Below, one piece after another: positions 46,257 to 56,400 of a stretch of 58,451 nucleotides of DNA (positions are counted from its first letter, which is position 1; every line of letters starts with the position of its first letter). The stretch comes from a virus. Lineage: Duplodnaviria; Caudoviricetes. Where the stretch lies: IMG/VR virus record IMGVR_UViG_3300035703_000103, positions 1-58,451 of that record, one strand, 5' to 3'. Under the pieces are notes generated by a model. The model saw only the letters and a list, made by a program, of their open reading frames with translations. It was not told where the DNA came from and did no database searches. Made by a program: the position numbers and the translations under genes.

Positions 46257-46639
46257 TGGACAACTCACAAAACATCGAAGTGAAGTTGGCGCAGTTGGAG
46301 TCCAAGATCGAATCCATTGCGGACTCGTTGGATGAGGTCAAGCGTGGTCTTATCGGCCTGGGCGACTTGCGCGAGGACTTGGCGAAGTTCGCCATCCACC
46401 ACGAGCAGTTCAGGAACGAAGCCAAGACCATGTGGGTGCGGATTGATGAGCAGCGCGACGAAATCAAGCGACTCAACAGCACCATCGACAACTGGAAGGG
46501 CCGGTTGCAGATGGTCGGCGGGGTGCTCACTGTCCTCGGTGCGCTTGGTGGTGGTGTGCTGACTTGGACATGGAGCCAAGTGCAGACCGTACCGGTGCTT
46601 ATCGAGCGCATCAACAACCTTGAGCAGACGCGCAAATGA
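46253..46639 (+). CDS. Coiled-coil protein with C-terminal TM helix (lysis-associated?)
   Basis: Heptads then VGGVLTVLGALGGGVLTWTW. Confidence 0.65.
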   Translation: MMDNSQNIEVKLAQLESKIESIADSLDEVKRGLIGLGDLREDLAKFAIHHEQFRNEAKTMWVRIDEQRDEIKRLNSTIDNWKGRLQMVGGVLTVLGALGGGVLTWTWSQVQTVPVLIERINNLEQTRK

Positions 46640-46878
46640 CGCAGAACCTGGAATTTCCGAGCCAGGGTTTCTATAGCCCGCAGGAGTTAAGCACTCGGCT
46701 TTTCCAACTCGACTTGCAGGTCAGCAACCTTGCCATGATGGTCAAGCGCCTCTACACCGAAGTCCACGGCGACCACGCGCACATTGCCCAGATTGACGCG
46801 CTCTTGGCTGACATGCAGGCGCAAATCCGAGAGTGCCGTGGGCTGCACGATAAAGACATTGAGGGAGCACCAATATGA
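46636..46878 (+). CDS. Hypothetical protein
   Basis: ATGA-coupled. Confidence 0.55.
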   Translation: MTQNLEFPSQGFYSPQELSTRLFQLDLQVSNLAMMVKRLYTEVHGDHAHIAQIDALLADMQAQIRECRGLHDKDIEGAPI

Positions 46879-47366
46879 TCGAACTCCTGGGCGGTGCCGT
46901 GGGGGGCATCTTTGGCGGCTTGTTCCGGCTGGCTCCCGAGGTCATCAAGTTCTTCGACCGGCGCAACGACCGCAAGCACGAGTTGGAAATGCTCAAGGTG
47001 CAGGTTGACCTTGAGAAGACCCGTGGCGAATTCAAGCTGGCCGAAGTCGGCGTGATGCGCGACATGGCGGTTGACACCGCTGCGCTTGGGGCTTACACCG
47101 CAGCCATCAAGTCCCAGGCTGACATGAGCAAGGCCGCAGGCGGCTTTGCGGCCACGGCATCGGCCCTGGTGCGGCCCCTCATCACGTATGCCTTCGTGGG
47201 CACGTACCTGATGCTGACCATCATCATTGCCGGTGAGATGCTGATGCGTGGGGTGGCCTTGGCTGACGTTGCGCGGTACGTACTCACGCCGGACTTCATC
47301 GCCATTGTGAGCGGCATCGTGTCGTTCTGGTTCCTCTCGCGCACGCTGGAGAAGCGCGGGCTATGA
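46875..47366 (+). CDS. Holin-like membrane protein
   Basis: VRP.ITY + two TM segments + FWF.SR; next to lysozyme. Confidence 0.7.
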   Translation: MIELLGGAVGGIFGGLFRLAPEVIKFFDRRNDRKHELEMLKVQVDLEKTRGEFKLAEVGVMRDMAVDTAALGAYTAAIKSQADMSKAAGGFAATASALVRPLITYAFVGTYLMLTIIIAGEMLMRGVALADVARYVLTPDFIAIVSGIVSFWFLSRTLEKRGL

Positions 47367-47812
47367 AGGCGCTGGAGATTGCCGCAGAGATGTGCGCGGC
47401 TTTCGAGGGCTTGAGCCTGACGGCCTATGTGTGTCCAGCCGGGTACATGACCATCGGCTTTGGAAGCACCCGCTATCTTGACGGGAGGCCCGTGGCGCAG
47501 GGTGACAAGATCACACGGGCAGATGCCGAAGAACTGCTGCTGCGATCCTTGGCGTCCGTCTACCTCCCAGCAGTTCAGCGTCATTGCGCCCCGGCACTGC
47601 CAAGCGACAACCGCACGGCGGCGCTGCTTGACTTCGCCTACAACATCGGTTCCGGTGCCCTGCAAACGTCTACGCTTGCCCGCAAGGTTCGGATGCAGGA
47701 CTGGGATGGTGCTGCTGCTGAGTTCCCACGGTGGAACAAGGGCGGTGGCCGCGTGCTTCCAGGCTTGGTGCGCCGCCGCGCCGCCGAGCGCCAACTGTTT
47801 GAGGCGGCGTGA
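47363..47812 (+). CDS. Endolysin, GH24 lysozyme
   Basis: FEG..L.AY.CPAG..TIGFG.T; FAYNIG; GLVRRR.AE. Confidence 0.95.
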   Translation: MKALEIAAEMCAAFEGLSLTAYVCPAGYMTIGFGSTRYLDGRPVAQGDKITRADAEELLLRSLASVYLPAVQRHCAPALPSDNRTAALLDFAYNIGSGALQTSTLARKVRMQDWDGAAAEFPRWNKGGGRVLPGLVRRRAAERQLFEAA

Positions 47813-48030
47813 TGGAAGACCTCGACATCGCCGCCGAGCGCGAACAGATGGAGCGTGACTACCTTGTCGCACAGATTCGCCGCCATCCAGGCAGCGGGCT
47901 CATTGCCTGCGGTGAGTGCCACTTCTGCGCTGAGCCTGTTTCAAGCAATCGCTTGTTCTGCAACAGCGAGTGCGCCGAGGACCATGAGCATGAATCAAAC
48001 CGGCGCGCAAAGCGTCAAGTTGGGGAATAA
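47809..48030 (+). CDS. TraR/DksA-like C4 zinc-finger protein
   Basis: D.D.AAERE..R; CxxC..FC..EC. Confidence 0.65.
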   Translation: MMEDLDIAAEREQMERDYLVAQIRRHPGSGLIACGECHFCAEPVSSNRLFCNSECAEDHEHESNRRAKRQVGE

Positions 48031-48032
48031 CG

Positions 48033-50855
48033 ATGGCCACTAATCCGCTTGGGATCAAGATTCAGGAAACTCCCGGAAATCCCAATACGGGCAACGGCTT
48101 GATTCAGACGGCCATGACCGCTGGTATTGAGGTTGACGACAAGCAGACTGTTGCGGGTCAGGTCCGCAATCTGTTGGCAAACGAGAGTCCGCTGCTACAG
48201 CAGGCTCGCGCAAGAGCTGCCGGCGCTATGAATGCCCGCGGCCTACTCAACAGCAGCATGGCACTCGGGGCGGCCGACTCTGCCATGTATGAGGTGGCCC
48301 TGCCGATTGCGCAGCGTGATGCGGACACATACGCGCAGGCCGCGCGGCAGAACTCGCAGCAGTTCAGCGAGTCATTGAGGTTCAACGCTGCAGAGGCCAA
48401 TAAGTTTGGACTGCAGCGCGACCAGCAGGGTTTCGTGACGCGGGAGCGCGAGGCGGCGCAGGGTTTTCAGACCAAAGAGCGCGAGTCGTCGCAAACATTC
48501 CAGTCTCTTGAGGCGATCAAGGTTCGTGAGTTTCAGGGTGTTCAGGCCGACCTTGACCGAGCCCAGCAGATGCGCGTCGTTGAGTTGCAGGAGTCCGGGC
48601 AGTCAGCCCGCGCTGCTGCAGCGATTGCGGCGCAGGAGCGCCAGCAGAGGGAGGCTCAGGCATTCCAGGCCGCAGAGAACCGTGCGCGAGAGCAGTTTGA
48701 CGCGCAGCAAAGTAAAGCGCAGCAGGAGTTCACTGCGCAGCAAAGCAAGTTGGCGCGTGAGCAAGAGGCCACTCTGCAAAAGGCCCAGTTTGAGTTCACT
48801 GCGGCGCAAGGAGACTTGGACCGCGCTGAGCGGCGGTACGCCACAGACAAGTCGGTGGAGGCTCAGCAAGCCCTGGAGTTGTCACGGCAGCGGTTTCAGC
48901 AGGCCGAGAGCAATCTTGACCGCTTGTTCCAGGCGCAGACGAACGCGGATAACAGGAACTTCACTGCTGAGCAAAGCGCGCTTGATCGCACTGGGCGCCT
49001 GGACCTGCAGCGTGAGGCTCAGTCGTTCAGTGCTTCTCAGGCTGAGCAAGACCGAGCCCAGCAAATTATGCTGGCTGACAGGAACATTACCGCTCAGCAA
49101 GCCTTGGAGAAAGCAAGGCAAGAGTTCCAGGGCGGTCAGTCGGCTCTGGACAGGGCGCAGCAGGTTTCGCTTTCACAGGCGGCCCAGTCGTTCCAGGCGT
49201 CTCAGGCCGAGCAGGACCGCGCCCAACAGATCATGTTGGCTGATCGGAACATCACGGCCCAACAGGCGTTGGAGCGTTCGAGGCAAGAGTTTCAGCGGGG
49301 GGAGTCGGCGCTGGATCGCACGCAGCAGGCATCGCTTGCTCAAGCGGCTCAGTCGTTCCAGGCAAGCCAAGCTGAACTTGATCGAGCCCAACAGTTGATG
49401 CTCACGGACAAGAGCATTTCTGCGCAGCGTGCGCTTGAGATGTCTCGTCAGGAGTTCCAGGGAAATCAGTCTGCGCTTGACAGGGCGCAGCAGGCGTCCC
49501 TGTCCCAAGCCGCCCAGTCATTTCAGGCTTCGCAGTCTGAGCTTGACCGCGCTCAGCAGATCATGCTGGCCAACAAGCAGATCACGGCCCAACAAGCACT
49601 TGAAACGGCTCGGCAGGAGTTTCAGCGAGGAGAGTCCCAACTTGACCGCGCACAGCAGTTGGCATTGAACCAAGCTGCTCAGTCTTTCCAGGCGTCTCAG
49701 GCAGAGAGGGATCGGGCGCAGCAGATCATCCTTGCGGACAAAAACATAACAGCCCAACAGGCTTTGGAGCAGGCCCGCCAGGAGTTTCAGCGTGGCGAGT
49801 CTGCCTTGGATCGTGCGCAGCAGGTTTCTCTGAGTCAGGCCGCGCAGTCGTTCCAGGCATCGCAGTCCGAGAAGGACCGCGCTCAGCAGATCATGCTCGC
49901 CGACAAGAGCATCAACGCCCAACAGGCGCTAGAGCAGGCGCGGTTCCAATTCCAGGCCGAACAGTCTGGACTTGATCGCACCCAGCAGTCCAACCTGGAG
50001 GCCAATCGCATCCAAGCCCAGAAGGACTTGCAGAAGGATCAACAGACGTTTGCATCCGGTGAGGGATTGCTTTCGCGGGAGTTCCAGGCGGGGCAGTCCG
50101 CCCTTGATCGAGCGCAGCAGTCCACGCTGGAATCCAATCGGATTCAAGCCCAAAAAGACTTGCAGACGAACCAGCAGAGTTTTGCATCTGGAGAGGCCGA
50201 CAAGGACCGCGCGCAGCAGGGGCTGATCCTCAAGACCCAGCAGGATTTCCAGTCGAATCAAAACCAAGCCCAACGCGACTTTGAATCTGGCGAGCGCCGG
50301 CTTGATCGGATTTCTGCTGCAGAAGCCGCACAACTCAACCGCGACTTCCAAGCCACGCAGTCGCAACTGGACCGCGACCAACAAACCAGCGTCATCAAGC
50401 TGCAGGACTCTCTGACGCAGGCCAACATCAGCCGCTCGTTCGCCATGAACATCAGCAGCACAACGCTCAACTCCATGAACGCGATTGCTGCCGACCCGAA
50501 TCTGGACCCGGCTTCAAAGAAGGCAGCAATCCAAAACGTGATTGATCAGGCCAACTCCACGATTGCCTGGGGCTCTGCTTTCTTCAACACGCCGCTGCCG
50601 CCTGTGTCTACGCCCGGCTCTGCTGTCGGGCAGTCTGGTTCGGTTGGCGGTTCATCGGGTGGCGGTCTTACTGGGTCCGTCATTACCGGCCCAGGCGGCC
50701 AAGCGCAGCCCGCTCCTGATTACTTCTCGCGCAACCCCGATGTTGGGCGGGCGTATGAGGAGGAGGGTGCGGCCGAGCGCGGCATTGATCCAGAGCAATT
50801 CGCGCAGATTCACTACGACAGCTTTGGCCGAGCTGAGGGCCGCGCGGCTCCGTGA
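48033..50855 (+). CDS. Gln/Ala-rich repeat protein, probable DNA ejection/pilot protein
   Basis: RGLLNSSMA motif; 55-aa tandem repeats; position among ejection genes. Confidence 0.75.
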   Translation: MATNPLGIKIQETPGNPNTGNGLIQTAMTAGIEVDDKQTVAGQVRNLLANESPLLQQARARAAGAMNARGLLNSSMALGAADSAMYEVALPIAQRDADTYAQAARQNSQQFSESLRFNAAEANKFGLQRDQQGFVTREREAAQGFQTKERESSQTFQSLEAIKVREFQGVQADLDRAQQMRVVELQESGQSARAAAAIAAQERQQREAQAFQAAENRAREQFDAQQSKAQQEFTAQQSKLAREQEATLQKAQFEFTAAQGDLDRAERRYATDKSVEAQQALELSRQRFQQAESNLDRLFQAQTNADNRNFTAEQSALDRTGRLDLQREAQSFSASQAEQDRAQQIMLADRNITAQQALEKARQEFQGGQSALDRAQQVSLSQAAQSFQASQAEQDRAQQIMLADRNITAQQALERSRQEFQRGESALDRTQQASLAQAAQSFQASQAELDRAQQLMLTDKSISAQRALEMSRQEFQGNQSALDRAQQASLSQAAQSFQASQSELDRAQQIMLANKQITAQQALETARQEFQRGESQLDRAQQLALNQAAQSFQASQAERDRAQQIILADKNITAQQALEQARQEFQRGESALDRAQQVSLSQAAQSFQASQSEKDRAQQIMLADKSINAQQALEQARFQFQAEQSGLDRTQQSNLEANRIQAQKDLQKDQQTFASGEGLLSREFQAGQSALDRAQQSTLESNRIQAQKDLQTNQQSFASGEADKDRAQQGLILKTQQDFQSNQNQAQRDFESGERRLDRISAAEAAQLNRDFQATQSQLDRDQQTSVIKLQDSLTQANISRSFAMNISSTTLNSMNAIAADPNLDPASKKAAIQNVIDQANSTIAWGSAFFNTPLPPVSTPGSAVGQSGSVGGSSGGGLTGSVITGPGGQAQPAPDYFSRNPDVGRAYEEEGAAERGIDPEQFAQIHYDSFGRAEGRAAP
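49020..49990 (+). repeat. About 6 x 165-bp (55-aa) tandem repeat
   Basis: CAGTC(G/A/T)TT anchors at 49020, 49185, 49350, 49515, 49680, 49845. Confidence 0.9.
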
Positions 50856-51295
50856 TGCAGATCCGCAAAGCCAAGCCGTCTGACATTCCTGCGGTGGTGG
50901 ACATCGCGGTGGAGTCGGTGTCGCGCAATGCGTGGCCGGTTGAGATTGACCGGGCGGCGATGACCGAGACGGCGCAGCAGGCGCTGAACCCCGCGCATTT
51001 CCTGTGGGTGGCTGAAGCGGACGGCAAGGTGGTGGCCGCATTCGGCGCGGTGGTGCAGCCGAGCTTCTGGTTCAAGAAGCTCTCCTGCTCGGTGCTGCTG
51101 TTCTACAGCCGCGTGCCGGGGGCGGGTCTGCCGCTGATCCGCGAGTTCATTCGGTGGTTCAAGGGTCGCAGCGCCATCAAGTGCGTGATGTGGGAGGTGG
51201 AGCAGGAGTGTGATCAGCGAATCACCAAGTTCCTGCGCCGTGCTGGTTTCAATCGTGAGGCTCGAACCCTCACTTATGTAAGGGGGTTGACATGA
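50852..51295 (+). CDS. GNAT-fold acetyltransferase-like protein
   Basis: IRKA..SD; WVAEADGKVV; RAGF. Confidence 0.7.
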   Translation: MMQIRKAKPSDIPAVVDIAVESVSRNAWPVEIDRAAMTETAQQALNPAHFLWVAEADGKVVAAFGAVVQPSFWFKKLSCSVLLFYSRVPGAGLPLIREFIRWFKGRSAIKCVMWEVEQECDQRITKFLRRAGFNREARTLTYVRGLT

Positions 51296-51927
51296 GTCGT
51301 GCGGTGAAGTCGGTTGGCAGAGCCATCGGCAAGGTGGTGTCTGGTGTTGGCGATGCCGTCAAGAAGGTGGCCAAGTCCAAGTTGGGTAAGGCGGTGCTGA
51401 TTGCCGCTGCGGTGTACTTTGGCGGCGCGGCGCTGTCTGGTGCTATGAGCTCAACTGGCACGGCCATGCAAGGAATCAGCAATGCCTGGACAAGCCTGAG
51501 TACAGCAGCAGGTCAGGCGGCTGGAGCGATGACAGGGGTGGAGGGCGCGTCGTTTGCGAATGCTGGCAATGCGTTGTCAGCGGGATTCGGCGGATCGGCC
51601 GCGACTATGGAGGCGGGCAGCCTCGTGACGCAAGGATTCGCTCCCGCAGCTAAAACAGCGGCTGGCGCCGTCAACCCCATCACACAGGCCGCCGCCCCAC
51701 TTGACCCGATCAGCGGCAATCCGCTGATGCCCGTTACCCCCCCGGCCGCGCCCCCTCCTAGCGGGATGCTGGCCAACATGATGAGCAGCAAGTACACCGC
51801 GCCTGCGCTGATCCAAGCCGGCACCGGCCTCATCGGCGGGGCAATGCAAGCCAAGGGCCAAGCGCAGCAGACAGCAGACGAGCGCGCCCGCTACAACCGC
51901 AACATCGGAACCCGCCTGTGGGGCTGA
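51292..51927 (+). CDS. Gly/Ala-rich internal virion/ejection protein
   Basis: Composition and position. Confidence 0.65.
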   Translation: MSRAVKSVGRAIGKVVSGVGDAVKKVAKSKLGKAVLIAAAVYFGGAALSGAMSSTGTAMQGISNAWTSLSTAAGQAAGAMTGVEGASFANAGNALSAGFGGSAATMEAGSLVTQGFAPAAKTAAGAVNPITQAAAPLDPISGNPLMPVTPPAAPPPSGMLANMMSSKYTAPALIQAGTGLIGGAMQAKGQAQQTADERARYNRNIGTRLWG

Positions 51928-51938
51928 AAGGAAACACC

Positions 51939-52451
51939 ATGAATGGATTGATTCAGCAGGCACGGGGTCCGCAAAATCCGCAGATGCCACAAGAGCCTGA
52001 TGCGATGAAGCCAGATCAGGCCGCTGCGGCAGACCAAGGTGCGCCCGAGGATGACGCCGGCTACGACCAAGCGATGACGTTTGCGATGGAAGTCCTCTAC
52101 AAGCAGAAAGCCGCCATCGACGTGGCCAAGTCGCTCAAGGGCAGTGATCCGGTGGAATCCCTCGCCAACACGGCATACGAGGTCGTTAGCATCGTTGACG
52201 AGCGGACTGATGGTGCCGTGCCGGATGAACTTCTCGTGCTGTTTGCAACGCGAATCCTGGAAGAAGTGGCTGAGATTGCCGAGGCTGCGGGGATTGAGGT
52301 GAAGCCCTCGACGGTTGCACAGGCGCTCAAGCAGATGATCCTGCGCTATCTGGGCGAGCAGGGTATCGACTCGCGCGAGCTGCAGGCGGCGATGGACAAG
52401 GTTGACCCGGCCGAGTTTGACCGGATGGCCGAACAGGAGATGGCAGCATGA
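51939..52451 (+). CDS. Hypothetical protein
   Basis: RBS AAGGA; acidic, helical. Confidence 0.7.
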   Translation: MNGLIQQARGPQNPQMPQEPDAMKPDQAAAADQGAPEDDAGYDQAMTFAMEVLYKQKAAIDVAKSLKGSDPVESLANTAYEVVSIVDERTDGAVPDELLVLFATRILEEVAEIAEAAGIEVKPSTVAQALKQMILRYLGEQGIDSRELQAAMDKVDPAEFDRMAEQEMAA

Positions 52452-53431
52452 GCGGCTTGATCTGGAGTGCGCTGGGCAATGCGGTGTCGAATTTCGGCAC
52501 CAACTTTGGCAACGGCATGATTCGCCAGATCGAGCGCGATGAGCAGGAGCAGCGCGAACTGGAGCGGGAGAGGCGGGCCGACCAGCGTGATGAGGCCAAG
52601 TTCCAGCGCCGCAAGGAGGCCGAGGAAGCCGAGCGGATGAAGCAGGCGGGCATCTTTGATCAGGCTGAGAAGAATGCCCTTGTCTCCGCAGATCGGGAGC
52701 GATTTGAGAAGTTCCGAAAGGACGCCAAGACTTCTGGCTCCGAGGCGGATGACGCGACCCTTCGTAAGTTGTTCGACGAGAACTACAACGATCAGGTAGT
52801 AGCCGGCTCTGACCGCTACACGACCAAGTACAGCCGTGACCGCCAACTGGTTCTTGATGAGGTTCGGCGCTTGGGAGGCAACAGCGAGTCGATTCGCTCG
52901 GCCCAGCAGTCCGTCAAGGATGCGCAGACTGCGGAGGATCAGGCTGCGCGGCGAGCCATCGAGCGGGCTGATCTTCTGGCCCGCGAGAAGAAGGGCGACC
53001 AGCAATTTGCAGTCTTGATGCAGCGTGATGAAACAACTCGTCGCGGGCAGGACATCCGGCGTGATTCCCCTGGCGGCGGTAAGGGAGGTAGCCCAGAAGA
53101 AAGGGCCGCCACAACAGCAGACCTTCAGCGTCAGGTGGATAACGCAGAGGCTCGGATGTTGATGATCGTTGGCGGATCAAACAAAGATTTGATGGACAAC
53201 ATCAATCGACTTCGCAAGAAGGCAGACCAGGGCGATCAGGCCGCGAAAAAGAAGTTTGAGGAACTGGAGCCCATGTATCAGCGGTGGGTTTCCGCATCAG
53301 ATCGACTTGATGCCTACAAGAACCCGACAGCTTCCGGTCAAGGTTCGTCTTATTCAGCAGCGCCTGGCAAGCCTGCTGGCAGCAAAGACCGCCCCCCGCT
53401 TTCATCCTTCCAACTCCCCACCAAGAACTGA
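52448..53431 (+). CDS. Probable ejection protein (charged coiled coil)
   Basis: Gly-rich N-terminus, coiled coil; precedes giant gene. Confidence 0.65.
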   Translation: MSGLIWSALGNAVSNFGTNFGNGMIRQIERDEQEQRELERERRADQRDEAKFQRRKEAEEAERMKQAGIFDQAEKNALVSADRERFEKFRKDAKTSGSEADDATLRKLFDENYNDQVVAGSDRYTTKYSRDRQLVLDEVRRLGGNSESIRSAQQSVKDAQTAEDQAARRAIERADLLAREKKGDQQFAVLMQRDETTRRGQDIRRDSPGGGKGGSPEERAATTADLQRQVDNAEARMLMIVGGSNKDLMDNINRLRKKADQGDQAAKKKFEELEPMYQRWVSASDRLDAYKNPTASGQGSSYSAAPGKPAGSKDRPPLSSFQLPTKN

Positions 53432-53443
53432 GACAGGGTCACC

Positions 53444-56400
53444 ATGCGCTTTGATGTCAACGCCGCTCGCAAGGCTGGGTACACCGACGACGAGATTGCC
53501 GACTACCTTTCTGAGCAGCGCGGGTTTGACATTGGCTCGGCGCGGGAATCTGGCTATTCGTCTCGGGAGGTCTTGGACTTTCTGAGCAAGCCTGAGGCCA
53601 AAAAGCCGGCAGCCGCCAACACACCGGCCTATGTCGAGGAGCCCATCAACTACGACGATGCGGCGACTTCGATGGTGGGCACGCCTTCGCAATCAAGCGG
53701 TGGCGGCGTCCTTCAGCGCATCGGCGCGGCGCTGCGGCCTGACCAAAATCGCAGCGTGCTTGAGGGTTACAAGCAACCGGAGGCCGAGCGCCAAGCGGAG
53801 GTTGACCGTCGCCTGTCCTACGGTCAGGGTCCAATCAGTCAGAAGGTCGCGGCCGATGCTGACCGTGTTCGCAGTGCGCGTGGCACGAACGACCAGATCA
53901 AGTTCACCAACCCCACCTATGAGGGCCGGGTGCGGGGTGTCGTTGACGCGATGGATGAGCGTGGTGAGCGTTCGTTTGGCGACCTTGCCGCGCTCGGGCG
54001 TGATGGCGAAATTCAGCGGGCATTGACTCAGAGCAAGGCCGACGAGTTCCGCTCTGCCGGCGAGTGGGCCATCGACACCGCATCCAATGTGATGCAAGGC
54101 GCCGTGTCTCTGGCGCAGATGCCGGTCAATCTGATCGCGCCTGATGGCTCTCTGGCCGAGTCGCTGCGGCAGACTCAGAAGGAATTGCAGGCTGAGGAGT
54201 CTGATGTCCTCAAGGCCAGCCGCGAAGTCCTCAAGCAGCGGGTGATGAACGAGGAAGGCTTCTTCGGTCAGTACGCCGCGACGGTCAAGCAACTGATCAC
54301 AAACCCGACGCTTGCCATCTCTGAGGGCTTCAAGCAGTTGCCGATGTTCCTCGGGATCGTGGGCGCAGCCCGTGGGGGCGCGGCGGCGGGTGCTGCCGGC
54401 GTGGCCGCTGCAGGGCGTGCAGCCCCTACGGTTGCGCTGGCCGATGCAATTGGTGGTGGCGCACTGACGGCGCGGGCCGCCGCTATTGGCAGCACTGTGG
54501 GCGGTGGCGCCGCAGCGGTGACGATGGCCGCAGGCGATGCGGCCGGTCAGACCTACGAGGAACTGACTGATCCCCGGCGCACTCCGCGAGAAACCTGGGA
54601 GCAGAACCCAGACTATCAGCGCCTCGTGGCCGAGGGCAAGACGCCTGATGAGGCGATCAACGAGTTGGCCGTTGCCAAGTCGCGCATGGCCGCACTCGTG
54701 GCCGCGCCACTTGGCATCTTGGGCTTCATGGGCGCCGAGGCAGCAGTTGCTGGTCGCGGCATTGTGCAGGCCGCAAGAGATGCGCTGACCTTCAAGGGTG
54801 CCGCAAAGTCTTTCGGCAAGGAAACGATTGGTGAGCAGTTGGAGGAGGGCGGTACACAGGCCGCATCCAACTTCGCCGTTTCTACGGTCAACCCCAACAA
54901 GTCAATCCTTGAAGGCGTGCCTGAGGCGATGGCGCTGGCCGGCGTCACTTCGACGCCATTCGGCGCGGTTGGCGCCTTGAGCAACTATCAGCAAGCGCGG
55001 GCTCAGTTGGAATCCGGCCCGAACGTGGCGCCACTGGTCGACCTCGAAGGTCAAGCCGCCATTGATGACCGTTACGGCGACACCCTGCGCCCTGAGCGAG
55101 TGGCCGCCGAGCGCGAGCGCCTGGAGCGGATGCGCCGCCTGTCTGAAGCGCAGAGCGTGGATGAGGCGATTGTGCTGGCCAACGAGGTGGCGAATTCGCC
55201 TGTGGCGCCGCAGACGCCTGCTTCACCTGTGGTTCCGGTAAACGCCGGGGATGATCCGGTTCTGAGCAATGTGCTGACATCGCTCGGGGCACTGAGCAAT
55301 CAACCAGGAGGCGTCAATGTCGGGGCATCAAATCAGCCTGCACCCACAGCTACAGGAGGCATTGGAGTTGGGGGCGGTGACGTTCTCGGAAGCCTGGTTA
55401 CTGATGGACGAAATCCTGCTGCAGGACTGCGAGGTGGTGATGATGCCGGCGGAGTACCTGGTGTTAGTAGCCAAGGTGCAGTTGTGCTGGGCGGAGGTGC
55501 CGCCGGGGGTGGTCGTCCAGTAGTTCTCCAGAACCGCGACCGATCAACGGCGGCGTCCATCTCGCAGATGAACAGCATCGCGGCCGCACCCGACTATCTC
55601 AGGACTGGCCCTAGCCGTGAGATGGTCACGGGCGCTCCGGTGGTGTTCGGTGATGTGCCGGAGTCTGCAGCGATGGGGCGGCAGGAGACGGTGGTGGACG
55701 GTCGCGGCAATCGAGTTGCCGTGCAGTACGCCGTGGTGGATGCGGCCGATCTGATCCCGTCTAACCGCGCAGATGGCACCCCGGTTGCCGAGTACGAGCA
55801 AGGCGCATCGGGCAAGTTGCGTGCGGTGGCCGGCAACGGCAGAACGGCCGGCCTGAAGGAGGCGTACAACCGGGGCACGGCAGGTGCCTATCAATCCGAG
55901 ATGATGGCCGACTTGCCCAATCTCGGAGTTGATCCGGCTGCGGTGCAGTCGATGCAGCGTCCGGTCTTGGTGCGGGTCATGTCGCAAGATGATGTGACGC
56001 CCGACATGGGCGACCGCACGAACACGGCGGTGACGCAGAACCTCAGTCCTGTTGAGCAGGCGGCCAACGATGTGCGCCGGGTGGACGTTCGCGGGTTTGA
56101 GTTCACCGACGCAGGCGACCCGACGCCGCAGACGGTTCGTTCGTTCGTGTTCTCTTTGCCGGAGTCCGAGCGCGGCAACTTGCTCAACGCGGACGGCACG
56201 CCCACTCGACAGGCGGTTGATCGGCTTATGGGCGCCACATTCCGTGCCGCCTATGGCAATGATGGGTTGGTGCAGTTGTACGCGCAGGCCACCGACCCGG
56301 ATGCGCGGTCGGTGATCAACGCCGCGGCGATGGCGGCTGGCTCCATGTCCAGCCTGGTTGGGTCCGCCCCGGAGTTCGACATTCGAGGCGTGGTGTCGGA

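Noticed and set aside
48508-49398. 296-aa alternative-frame ORF
   Set aside because: Arg/Ser-rich by-product of the Gln-rich repeat gene.
49020-49990. CRISPR array
   Set aside because: Repeats are contiguous in-frame coding units without unique spacers; no cas genes.
53631-54026. Additional +1 nested ORFs in the giant gene (also 57066..57287, 1381..1704, 4561..4896)
   Set aside because: No RBS, R/S/P/T-rich shadow composition, and the host frame keeps normal codon bias.
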